Below, in pieces: positions 10,591 to 21,180 of a stretch of DNA of 21,180 nucleotides. The translations under genes were made by a program, and so were the position numbers. The stretch is taken from assembly GCF_006345805.1 (NCBI RefSeq), contig NW_021823871.1, positions 1 through 21,180 of the forward strand. Direction: 5' to 3'. Origin of the DNA: Octopus sinensis. Taxonomy: Eukaryota. The notes below the pieces were generated by a model. The model was not told where the DNA came from and ran no database searches. It saw only the letters and a list, made by a program, of their open reading frames with translations. Position 1 is the stretch's first letter. The number at the start of each line of letters is the position of its first letter.

Positions 10591-10985
10591 TCTTTATATA
10601 TAAAAGTCAAGTTGTGTGTCTGTCTCCTACGATTTAGATTCCTAATTACTCCCACATTTTGCGGTGCAGTTTAACCAAAACCGGGTATCTTATAGTCGTG
10701 ATTCATATCGAGCCCTTCTGGGTATTAGCGCGCGTCTACGATGAGTCTACGATTTAAAAAAAAATTTAACATCATTTTTCCATTTTAATGCATTTTTTCG
10801 CTATTATATAAGGGAAGTAACTCTCTAAAAATGTCTACGATGAGTCAACGATTTAAAAAAAAATTACCATCATTTTTTTCCATTTTTAATGCATTTTTTT
10901 TGCTATTTTTTGGCTATAACTCTCTAAAAATGCTTATATAGTTATTTCCCTTACAAACCCGAGCAACGCCGGGCGATACTGCTAG
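10591..10985 (+). mobile_element. Non-autonomous Helitron-like element, copy 1
   Basis: A|TCTTTATATATAAAAG 5' end, subterminal hairpin CCCGAGC-AAC-GCCGGG (10958-10973), CTAG|T 3' end, no TSD; second copy at 19348-19744. Confidence 0.85.
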
Positions 10986-11171
10986 TTATATCTAAATAAA
11001 TAAATTCTGCGGTTGTGCGCGCTGACTGATGAAGCGTTTATAGACATGCGTTGCCAGGTGGCTACGAAACTGCGTTTTCTTTTAATTGCAGATGAAGGGG
11101 TAGGGTTTTGGAGTTAAGTCAACTGGAGTAATTACTATACATTACTTCATTAGATGCAGTTTTGGGCACCT

Positions 11172-11575
<404 letters not shown>

Positions 11576-11980
11576 GGATTTATCTGTGTATGATCTCTGA
11601 TCAGAACCTCAATAAGTATTGAAAATCCATTTAGGCGTATCGTCATTTTTTCGGAGAAATAGATTAACATTCGCTTCGTAGGTTAACATATACAGGTTGT
11701 CGTCAACTTACGACCTATCGGACCTACTTCCGATCGACTTTACGACGTTGAAATCTAATGGTTTTAATTTCTACAGATGACATCAGTTAACAAACTGTTG
11801 TTCCATTTCTCTAAAGCTACCGGAATTCCTTCTGAAATTAGAGAAGAGCGGTAGCTACCTCTGATGACACACTAATAAGTGTCGAATTTATTTTTTTAAT
11901 CGGTGGAGAAATAGTTGAAATTGCCAGTAGATATATAATATCTACTACGCCGGTTGACAGAGAAACAAACACACACACAT

Positions 11981-12014
<34 letters not shown>

Positions 12015-12095
12015 GTGTGTGTGTGTGTGCGTGTGTGTGTGTGTTCATGTGCGCGGGATCAAACGTCTACGTTTTCCATCCATATTCAGTCACTA

Positions 12096-12285
12096 TAAGG
12101 CGGTGAATAGGCAGAATCGATAACATACCGAGCAATATGCGTAGCGACATTTCCCCTGTGTTTACTTTCTGTGTTCAAATTATGCCAGGATTGACTTTTG
12201 CTTTCATTTTTTCTTTTTCGGGCTCGATAAAATAAGTACCAGTTAAGCACTAGGTCGATGCAATCAATTTACCTCTCCGCCGAAA
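12096..12285 (+). mobile_element. SINE (main family), diverged
   Basis: TAAGGCGGTGAATAGGCAGAATCG...GTTCAAATT...CTCGATAAAATAAGTACCAGTTAAGCACTAGGTCGATGCAATC. Confidence 0.85.
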
Positions 12286-12324
12286 CAAATATTAACTCGC
12301 TATGATTTATAACTCTATCTGCTT

Positions 12325-13524
<1,200 letters not shown>

Positions 13525-14037
13525 CAAGATAAATACATAGATATAACGGGGTTTTTCAATTCCTTGTTAGCTATATTTCCGGCTCGATTTACGGGGTTAC
13601 GAATAAAATATAATTTATTATTGAAACGAAAGAAATGTTATGTTCCTCCGTAATAGCTGTTTATACGAGCAACCTTACTCAACCACTACTTATTTTATTG
13701 ATTGGGAAGCGATAAAAGCCTTGCAAATCCAGCAGTATTTGAACTCATGACGTTAACCGACGTAAGTAATTAGTTTACGCTTCAAAACTGACACATTACC
13801 AATTCTGTCGCATCATTGCACTTTGCCGAAATTGGATATATGTCTGAAATAAGCACAAGGCCACAAACTTAATCGATGCGGAATCTAAGGATTTTAATCA
13901 ACTTCATAATTGACTTGTGCTTAATGCGTACTACATCTGAAAATTTAAAATTTATGTTTACTCCAATGGGTTTTGAACTCGTAATCTTAAGACAACAGCC
14001 AAAGTACATCACCATAGTAGTATCTTTATTTTTCCTA

Positions 14038-14212
14038 ATTTTGACATAATATTAGCAATTTTGAGCCGAGGGATCAAATCATTCTCTTCAACCTCGGTGC
14101 TCGATTGTTAAATATTTTATCGAGAATGGAATTTGAACTCAAAACGTATAGAAGTAGATGAAATGCTGCCAAGCACTTTGTCCGACGCACTTGTGATTCT
14201 GCCAGTTTACCG
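14038..14212 (-). mobile_element. Old, partly deleted SINE (main family)
   Basis: GAATTTGAACTC...GATTCTGCCAG on the plus strand is the reverse complement of the SINE head and B-box. Confidence 0.7.
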
Positions 14213-14233
14213 GATTCTTCAGCACACATCGGC

Positions 14234-14399
14234 ACACATCAACCTCCAGTGCTCGACTGGTACTTAATTTGTCGACCCCAAGAGAATGAAATGCAACGTC
14301 AATCTTCGCGGATTTTGAACAGAGAGTCACAGAGGGACAAAATGCCGTGAGGAATCTGGCCCGCGGTGCTAATGACTCTACCAGCTCACCATTCTCATT
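14234..14399 (-). mobile_element. SINE (main family) whose head runs into the minisatellite
   Basis: CTCGACTGGTACTTAATTTGTCGACCCCAAGAGAATGAAA...TTTTGAAC...GTGCTAATGACTCTACCAGCTCACC. Confidence 0.8.
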
Positions 14400-14739
14400 G
14401 CTAATGACTCCATCAGCTCACCTTTCTGGTTGCTAATGACTCTGACAGCTCACCATTCTCGTTGCTAATGACTCCATCAGCTCACCTTTCTCATTGCTAA
14501 TTGATCTGGCAACTCGTCGTTCTCATTGCGAATGACTCTATCATCTCAACTTTCTCGTTGCAAAAGACTGACAGCTCTCTATTCCCATTGTTAATTATTC
14601 TGACAGCTCTCTATTCTCATTGCTAATGACTCTACCAGCTCCCCAGTCTCGTTGCTAATGACTCTGACGACTCATTGCTGATGATTCCACCAGCTCGCCG
14701 TTCTCATTGTTAATGAGTCTGTTAGTTCGCCATTCTCAT
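14368..14739. repeat. Minisatellite, 12 units of ~32 bp (GCTAATGACTCTACCAGCTCACCATTCTCATT)
   Basis: Unit starts 14368, 14400, 14432, 14464, 14496, 14528, 14560, 14590, 14622, 14654 (short), 14677, 14709. Confidence 0.9.
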
Positions 14740-14763
14740 CCCCAAACTAATATTAATAGTGAA

Positions 14764-14961
14764 TGTTCATTACCGTGGCAGGCAAAATACATAGCTGCAT
14801 TTGTATCCGCCTGTACGTCTCTGATTTCAAATTCCAGCGAAGTTAACTCTCCCTCTCATCTCTTTGGGGTCGACAAAATACGTACCACTTGAGCGCAAGG
14901 GTCGATGTCATCGACTTACACACTCACCAAAGTTGCTCAACTCGTGCCAAAATTTGGAATC
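14764..14961 (+). mobile_element. Diverged SINE (main family)
   Basis: TTCAAATTCC...TTTGGGGTCGACAAAATACGTACCAC...GGGTCGATGTCATCGACTT. Confidence 0.75.
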
Positions 14962-14966
14962 GATAC

Positions 14967-15268
14967 TGTTTGTTCTTTCTCGAGCCATGCCTGGTTCATA
15001 AAGGTCGGTTTTCCGGTTTCCTTGGCGTATAAGTTCCCCGCCTGGACGAGACGTCGGTCCGTCGCAGGTGAGCTGCAAAATGCAGGAGGAAAGAGTGAGA
15101 GAATGCTGTAGTAAAAGAGTCAGCAGAAGTTCACCTTTACTTTCTGCTGGAGCCGCTTGGAGCTTTGGAGTTTTGCTCATAAACACACACATCGCCCGGT
15201 CTGAGATTCGAACCCGCGATCCCTCGACCTCGATTTCGCTGCTCTAACCACTAGGCCATGTGCCTCTA
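14967..15268 (-). mobile_element. tRNA-derived SINE of a second family with a V-domain-like segment
   Basis: Minus strand: A-box TGGCCTAGTGG, B-box GGTTCGAATC, then CCTGCGACGGACCGACGTCTCGTCCAGGCGGGG, which resembles the V-SINE motif as I recall it (CCTGCGATGGACTGGCGNCCTGTCCAGGG). Confidence 0.8.
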
Positions 15269-15296
15269 CAGAATCAATATTAATTATATTGATTCG

Positions 15297-15485
15297 TACT
15301 CGCGGCACGCTACATGCTTATCGTCATTATGTCCGTCTTCCCGTTCTGATTTCCTATTCCGCCCCAGGTCGACATTGCCTTTTAGCCTTTCGGTGTCACT
15401 AAAATGAATATCAGCTGAACCCTGTCATCAATGCAATCAACTTGCCCCTCCTCTAAAACAACTGGCCCTGGGCCCAAAATATGAA
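15297..15485 (+). mobile_element. Highly diverged SINE (main family)
   Basis: ATGCTTA..CATT...AGGTCGACATTGCCTTTTAGCCTTTCGGTGTCACTAAAATGAATATCAG. Confidence 0.65.
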
Positions 15486-16001
15486 TTCTATATTAATAGT
15501 CATTAATTTCGAAGAATTACACAAATCCTCATATTTTGAATTTGGTTACTGAGGGTTAAATCCATATCAATCTTTCTTGGGATTTTATTCTATCTCGCCT
15601 AAGAGTCGGAAATTCGGAATTAGCACCTGTTCGATTTGAACTCTGCACTAAAAGCACCAAAACCAAAAAGAGCAAGTGTTTTTTTTTTTTTTTTAGTATT
15701 TTTAAAAATATTTTACTGACACTATAATGATTCTGCAATTCCTCCGTTAAGTGCGTGATGTATTAAAATCAATTTCTTTAATTTCCTTTCAAATTTCCGT
15801 TTTTGACTTATTCAAACGGAAACATTATTAACATACGACTGGACATATATATCATAACGGAAGAGAAGTAGATACCGTTGAGCGCACGACTAATTCCGTC
15901 TTTCTACATCCTGCATTTAAATACAACTGCAGACTATTTCGAATTTTAGCTACCCCCTTGCGCTTTTCATATACCCACCAGTAATGTTCTGTTTTCATAT
16001 G

Positions 16002-16614
16002 TAGGGCGGCGAGCTGGCAAAATCGTTAGCACGCCGGGTAAAATGCTTAGCGGCATTTCGTCTGCCGCTACGTTCTGAGTTCAAATTTCGCCGAGCTCGA
16101 CTTTGCTTTTCATCATTTCGGGGTCGATTAAATAAGTACCAGTTACGAACTGTGGTCGATATGATCGACTTAATCCCTTTGTCTGTCCTTGTTTGTCCCC
16201 TCTGTGTTTAGCCCCTTGTGGGTAGTAAAGAAATAGGTATTTCGTCTACTGTTACGCTCTGAGTTCAAATTCCGCCGGGGTCGACTTTGCATTTCATCCT
16301 ATCGAGACCGATAAATTAAATATCAGTTACGCACTGGGGTCGATCTAATCGACTTAATCCCTTTATCTGTCCTTGTTTGTCTCCTATATGTTTAGTCCCT
16401 TGAGGGCAATAAAAAATAAGAATCGTTGGAACGCCGGGCAAAATTCTTAGCGCCATTTCGTTCGTCTTTGCATTTGCAGTTCAAATTCTGCCGGCGTTGA
16501 CTTTACCTTTTATTGTTTCTGGGTCGATAAAATAAGTACCATTCCAATACTGGCGTCGATGCAATCGACTAATAACTTCTCCCAAATTGCTGGCCTTGTG
16601 CCAACATTTGAAAC
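16002..16614 (+). mobile_element. Head-to-tail SINE trimer (16002-16237 full length; 16238-16420 headless; 16421-16614 older, different tail)
   Basis: Three consecutive GTTCAAATT..GTCGAT..AGTACC bodies; the first has an intact GGCGGCGAGCTGGC head. Confidence 0.9.
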
Positions 16615-16809
16615 AAATGTTATGTCTTTAAATCAAAGCACTACATCGAAATTATAAATTTCCTTGCTTTTTAATCACCTGACTAATTAATAACTCAGAC
16701 ACACATATACACACACATATATAGTGAGATGAAGCCTGCAGTGCGATTGCTATAACATACAACATCGAACAATACGTATTATACGGCATTTAAATTAGTT
16801 TGAGCCAAA

Positions 16810-17120
16810 GCAGCCGGGTGAAAAACCTCGTCCGGTTTTATGATCTTAGTTGAAGTTCCACCGAGATCGAATTTGCCTTTCATAGCCGATACTTATGGAG
16901 TTCCATGTAATTCGTTTTCTCACCTCTTCAAAATTTTGAGCCTTGTGTTTATAATAGAAAGACAGCTGGTCAATTTTTTAGCACGCTGGACGTTCTCAGT
17001 TCAAATTTAATTGAGTTACATTTTGCCTTCCTCATTTATGGGTCGAAGAAATAGAGTACCAGTTAAGCACTGAAGTCAACCAATTGTTTTGCCATTCGCC
17101 CACTATTCGCTGGCCTTTTG
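16810..17120 (+). mobile_element. Two adjacent highly decayed SINE remnants
   Basis: GTTGAAGTTCCACCGAGATCGAATTTGCCTTTCAT, and AGCACGCTGGACGTTCTCAGTTCAAATT...GGGTCGAAGAAATAGAGTACCAGTTAAGCACTG. Confidence 0.65.
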
Positions 17121-17201
17121 AATTCCTAATAACAATTATATTCATCCAAGTCAGCTATCAATGTGAGTGGGGTTCATCCTACACGTGGTGGGTGTTGCCA
17201 T

Positions 17202-17360
17202 GTTTTCAAATATTTTACCCTTCTTGAAGAAATGTATTTATCCTTATATTATCCAATGGGACCTTACTATATTTCAATCAGTTTTCAAATATTTTCACCC
17301 TTCTGGAAGAAATGTATTTATCCTTATAGTATCCAATGGGTCCTTACTATATTTAAATCA
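17202..17360. repeat. Tandem duplication, 2 x ~79 bp
   Basis: GTTTTCAAATATTTT...AAGAAATGTATTTATCCTTATA...ATCCAATGGG..CCTTACTATATTT at 17202 and 17281. Confidence 0.9.
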
Positions 17361-17744
17361 GGGAGATAAGGTTTAACAGGATACGTGTTAGTTCTTATAC
17401 CGTGTTTTAAAGCTATTAGTGTCAGAATCATTGGTCTCATAAGGGTAGATTTAAGCAAGGGAATATTCAATCCTTTATAAATTTCCAACCAACGCAATAT
17501 AATCATCCGATAAGGGAGAAACGGAAATCAACGCCTTTACAAGTATAAACTATAACTTGTGTTCCAGTGAGAACAATTTGGTTGATTGTAAGTGTCACTA
17601 GAGACAAATATTAGGGAGGACTTCGGTTTGAATGACTGACGTAAGCAGCTAACGGAGAAAAGGAAAGAAATTGAAATGACAGAATCGATTCTTACACGTA
17701 CGTCATCTCCCATGTCAATACCAACAGCAACTCCAACACACAAC

Positions 17745-17747
<3 letters not shown>

Positions 17748-17793
<46 letters not shown>

Positions 17794-17846
17794 GTCACCA
17801 CCACGACCACCACCACCATCAACATCATCATCATCATCATCATCAT
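17748..17846. repeat. (CAT)n/(CAC)n trinucleotide repeat
   Basis: Direct reading. Confidence 0.95.
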
Positions 17847-18425
17847 CGTCCTTTTTTCTCATCCACCGCCTCCGCATCATCATCAAATACAGATATAAAA
17901 TCATCGGAGGCAATGCCGTTGTCATCGTATTGACGTTCACAGCTCCAGTTACAAGACTGTTATTTATTACTGCGTATGTATCCTCTAAAACAGGCGCCAC
18001 TAAAAAGAGCAGTCGTATACCATTCATCTCGGAACCTATGTTTTCATGTTCGTTAAATACAGAAATCAAATTCCTCAAAACGTAATCGTACATTCTTCTA
18101 AGTCGAGCCTTAAATACACGTACATAAGTCCCTTCGCGTATCGATCTCTTTGCTCATAGTTATCCAATAGATAGGTACCGCAGTAACCAATATATCCAAG
18201 CACACGAAAGATAAATAACACAATGCATGGAGCTTATGTCCTTCACATGAACATCACACACAAAAAATAATGTTGAATGTACGAAAATACAGAACAAACA
18301 GTATAAAAACGACCGTGAAACGAAAGAGTTTGTATGGCCATAGACTGGCACATCGTCGGTTATAACAACGAAGCCTTCCGTTGATCTGATTAAAGAACAG
18401 CCTGCTCATGAAATTAACGTGTACC

Positions 18426-18680
18426 TATTTCTTTATTACCCACAAGGGCCTAAACACAGAGGGGACAAACAAGGACAGACATAGGTATTACGTCGATTAC
18501 ATCGACCCCAGTGTTTAACTGGTACTTAATTTATCGACCCCGAAAGGATGAAAGGCAAAGTCGACCTCGGCGGAATTTGAACTCACAACGTAACGCACAC
18601 GAAATACCGCTAAGCATTTCGCCCGGCGTGCTAACGTTTCCGCCAGCTCGCTCGCCTCTGCCAGCTTCGCCAGCTCGCCC
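18426..18680 (-). mobile_element. Young full-length SINE (main family) with a 21-bp target-site duplication
   Basis: Flanked by CTCATGAAATTAACGTGTACC (18405-18425) and CTCATGAAATTAACTTGTACC (18681-18701). Confidence 0.92.
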
Positions 18681-18702
18681 CTCATGAAATTAACTTGTAC
18701 CA

Positions 18703-18914
18703 TTAACGTAGTTCTCGGGGAGTTTCAGTGTGATTCAGAATGTGACAACGCTGACACTTTGTTATACAGATACTACTAATTTTTGCGTGCAGAGTGGACT
18801 AGAGCAGCTTAAAAGAAAGTGACTTCCTGACGAGGCACAAGGCGCCGCCGTGAATGGAATTCATGACCTTACGATCGCAAGTCGAATACCCTCACCTCTC
18901 ATCCACATGCCTTC
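18703..18914 (-). mobile_element. Diverged tRNA-derived SINE of a third family
   Basis: Minus strand GAAGGCATGTGGATGAGAGGTGAGGGTATTCGACTTGCGATCGTAAGGTCATGAATTCCATT (tRNA-like head), then GTGCCTCGTCAGGAAGTCACTT. Confidence 0.65.
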
Positions 18915-19347
18915 ACTCAACTACCATAGATCTATAGATTGTGGCACGAAGGGATGGTGAACCTGCTTGGAAAATTCGAGATTAACAACATTTCTTCCCG
19001 AGAATTAGATTTAGTTTTTACAAATAAGGTATCGGGTTGTCAGAACCATTCGTTCCAATTTTTCTATTTGGCGGTCCATCGCTATTTATCCGAAAAGAGT
19101 TAAAATTTCTCCACATTTCCAAAACGATAAACAAATCATGTAGTAAAATAACTAAAGAAATATTTCTTCTGAATTGAAAATCGTTTGAATGGTGTGAAAT
19201 AACTGGTGGGGGTGGGGAACGAATTCATCTGGCAACAGAATATAGAACTGCAGAATATATATGGTATATTGTATTATTATGGAACCATATCGTCTCCGAG
19301 TGAGATCAAGAGATCAAAGTGATTCCGGTTCAATATTTTATTCGAAA

Positions 19348-19744
19348 CTAGCAGTATCGCCCAGCGTTGCTCGGGTGTGTAAGGGAAATAACTATATAAG
19401 CATTTTTAGAGATGTAAAGTATAATAGCCATCTCAATATGGTTAACCACAAAGGAGGGGGGTGTTACTGTAGCTTTTTACGTTCTGAGATTTAATAATAA
19501 ATTTTTAGAGAGTTACTTCCCTTATATATGCCAAAAATGCATTAAAATGGGAAAAATTGATGGTAATTTTTTTTTTAAATCGTAGACTCATCGTAGACGC
19601 GCGCTAATACCCAGAAGGGCTCGAAATGAATCACGACTATAAGATATCCGGTTTTGGTTAAACTGCACCGCAAAATGTGGGAGTAGTTAGGAATCTAAAT
19701 CGTAGGAGACAGGCAGCACACAACCTCACTTTTATATATAAGGA
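19348..19744 (-). mobile_element. Non-autonomous Helitron-like element, copy 2
   Basis: Minus strand A|TCCTTATATATAAAAG ... CCCGAGCAACGCTGGG-CGATACTG-CTAG|T; collinear with copy 1. Confidence 0.85.
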
Positions 19745-19919
19745 TTACTCTTAGAACGTATTTTATAAACACATGTTGAATTCTGCAAGAGTATTGGGCC
19801 TAAATATTTCTTTAGGCCTAAACGAATACTTCAAAACAGGAAGTTAGGGATTAGCTGTCTAGTGATGCCAACTCCTGTATTCCAGAGAGAAAAGAAGAGT
19901 TTCTAATTTTGATTCCACC

Positions 19920-20450
19920 ATGTATTTGAATTCTAAAGAAAGCACTTCCAAATTCCTATAGATCTTAAACAAGAAGCAATGATATCTGTTATGTGGCAAA
20001 CAAGGATAGTCAATATTTTAAAACATTTCTGGAACAGCAGAAATGAAGAAAATCATATTTGAGAAACGTGGAACTGTCTGAGATAAAATAGAGATTGTAT
20101 CTTTCCAAGTTTTGAATTAATTTCTCTACAGATAAAACGAAATACTGTTGCTGAAACATTGAATCAATTTTCCAGCCGTTTGACTGTAATGATGTTGAGA
20201 GAGAATTTATGAACTTCCCTTTGTCTGATAATACAATTCGACAAAAGAATATATCTCAGTTAATATTAAGAACTGTTTCTGAATTCTGTATTTGCGATTG
20301 AGGTTGATGCTTTGACAAATATTCGTTGAAAAGCACAGTTTCTTGCCTTAAAAAGATTTGTTCACAGAATTTTTTATTTTGCTGCGATATTAGAAATAGA
20401 CTAGAACTTTTGGGAATTTTGTCAACCTTGTCTGAGTATTTTCATATTTC
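19920..20450 (+). pseudogene. Decayed hAT (Charlie/TcBuster-like) transposase fragment
   Basis: Frame-broken peptides ANKDSQYFKTFLEQQK, FEKRGTV*DKIEIVSFQV, TVAETL, PLSDNTIRQ, FAIEVDALTNIR*KAQFLA..RFV, QNFLFCCDI occur in the order of the Buster/Charlie motifs (PLS.NT..RRI; FA.QLDEST; AQL..FVR; FLFC). Confidence 0.85.
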
Positions 20451-20504
20451 ATGGAATTCTCGAAGTAGAATCTGTATGGTGAGCCATGCATGTGAAAGAA
20501 CATC

Positions 20505-20712
20505 AAGTGGCAAGCTGGTAGAATGGTTAACGCGCCGGACGCGATGCCGCTAATCATTTCAGTTCTCTATGATTTGAGATCAATTTCCGACGCAGTCGCC
20601 TTTGCTTTTAATCTTTTTAGGATCAAGAAATTACGTACCATTTGAACACTAGGTATCGATGTATTCGTCTTACCCCTCCCGCAAACCACTGGTTTTGTAC
20701 CTAAAGTGTAAT
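20505..20712 (+). mobile_element. Old SINE (main family)
   Basis: AAGTGGCAAGCTGGTAGAATGGTTAACGCGCCGG...GTCGCCTTTGCTTTTAATC...TACGTACCA...GTATCGATGTATTCG. Confidence 0.7.
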
Positions 20713-21120
20713 CCCATATTTACGGGTCCTTATAGATATCAAAATCAAACAATGGAACGGGTTTTGTTGATTATGAGCAGATGATGAAATGTTTATCTCT
20801 AATTAGACCTAACAAGGTAGTTGTCGACATGAAACAAGCTTATGTTTGCAATGGGGACGCATACACAGGCTGAAGAATACGTAAGCCGATTATTGTTTCC
20901 TGTTGACTTGTGCTCAATAAAAATTGGATATAGTCTCTTCTAACATTTAAACGAAATTTAAAAACATTAGGCTGAAACCGATCTTAGTTGTTCTTGAACC
21001 TATTCAATTTTTGAATTTAATACCAAAAAAGTAACATAGTTGTGTTCTGTTGTGAATCAAATAGTGCTGAAATATTTAGGGGTTTCGTATTGGATGCGTT
21101 CCTCATCGGTAACAAGACCT

Positions 21121-21180
21121 GCCTACCAACCTACCTACATACCTGCCTACCTACCTACCTACAACCTACATGTCTCCTAC
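21121..21180. repeat. Degenerate (CTAC)n tetranucleotide repeat
   Basis: Direct reading. Confidence 0.85.

Noticed and set aside
11026-11076. CTGATGA...CGAAACTGCGT as a hammerhead
   Set aside because: The stem II closing pair mismatches and stem I has no convincing complement; at most a decayed relic.
11855-11890. CTGATGA-CACAC-TAATAA-GTGTC-GAAT as a hammerhead
   Set aside because: It has GAAT instead of GAAA, and I could not build stems I and III in either type I or type III topology.
15195-15268. tRNA gene (minus strand A and B boxes)
   Set aside because: The acceptor stem does not pair, and the sequence continues into a SINE body.
17692-18093. Minus-strand poly-Asp ORF (133 aa)
   Set aside because: It is the antisense reading of the (CAT)n repeat, with no recognisable domain.

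Overview
AT-rich eukaryotic, repeat-saturated intergenic or intronic DNA. The SINE families and microsatellite load look like an octopus or other coleoid cephalopod genome (recalled resemblance, not a search result). I found no intact host gene, and nearly all ORF-track entries are microsatellite read-through or antisense artefacts. Supported content: about 15 tRNA-derived SINE copies from several families, a decayed CR1 LINE 3' end, and a 5'-truncated RTE LINE (minus strand) with a 140-bp terminal segment repeated six times. Also present: two non-autonomous Helitrons, a decayed hAT (Charlie/Buster-like) transposase, a 32-bp minisatellite grown from a SINE A-box, and large (TA)n/(CA)n tracts. 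The most striking structure is a ~2.1-kb strand-skewed fold-back (4653-6771). Each arm carries a Penelope-type minimal hammerhead ribozyme motif, but the indel-rich divergence between arms means a long-read artefact must be excluded.
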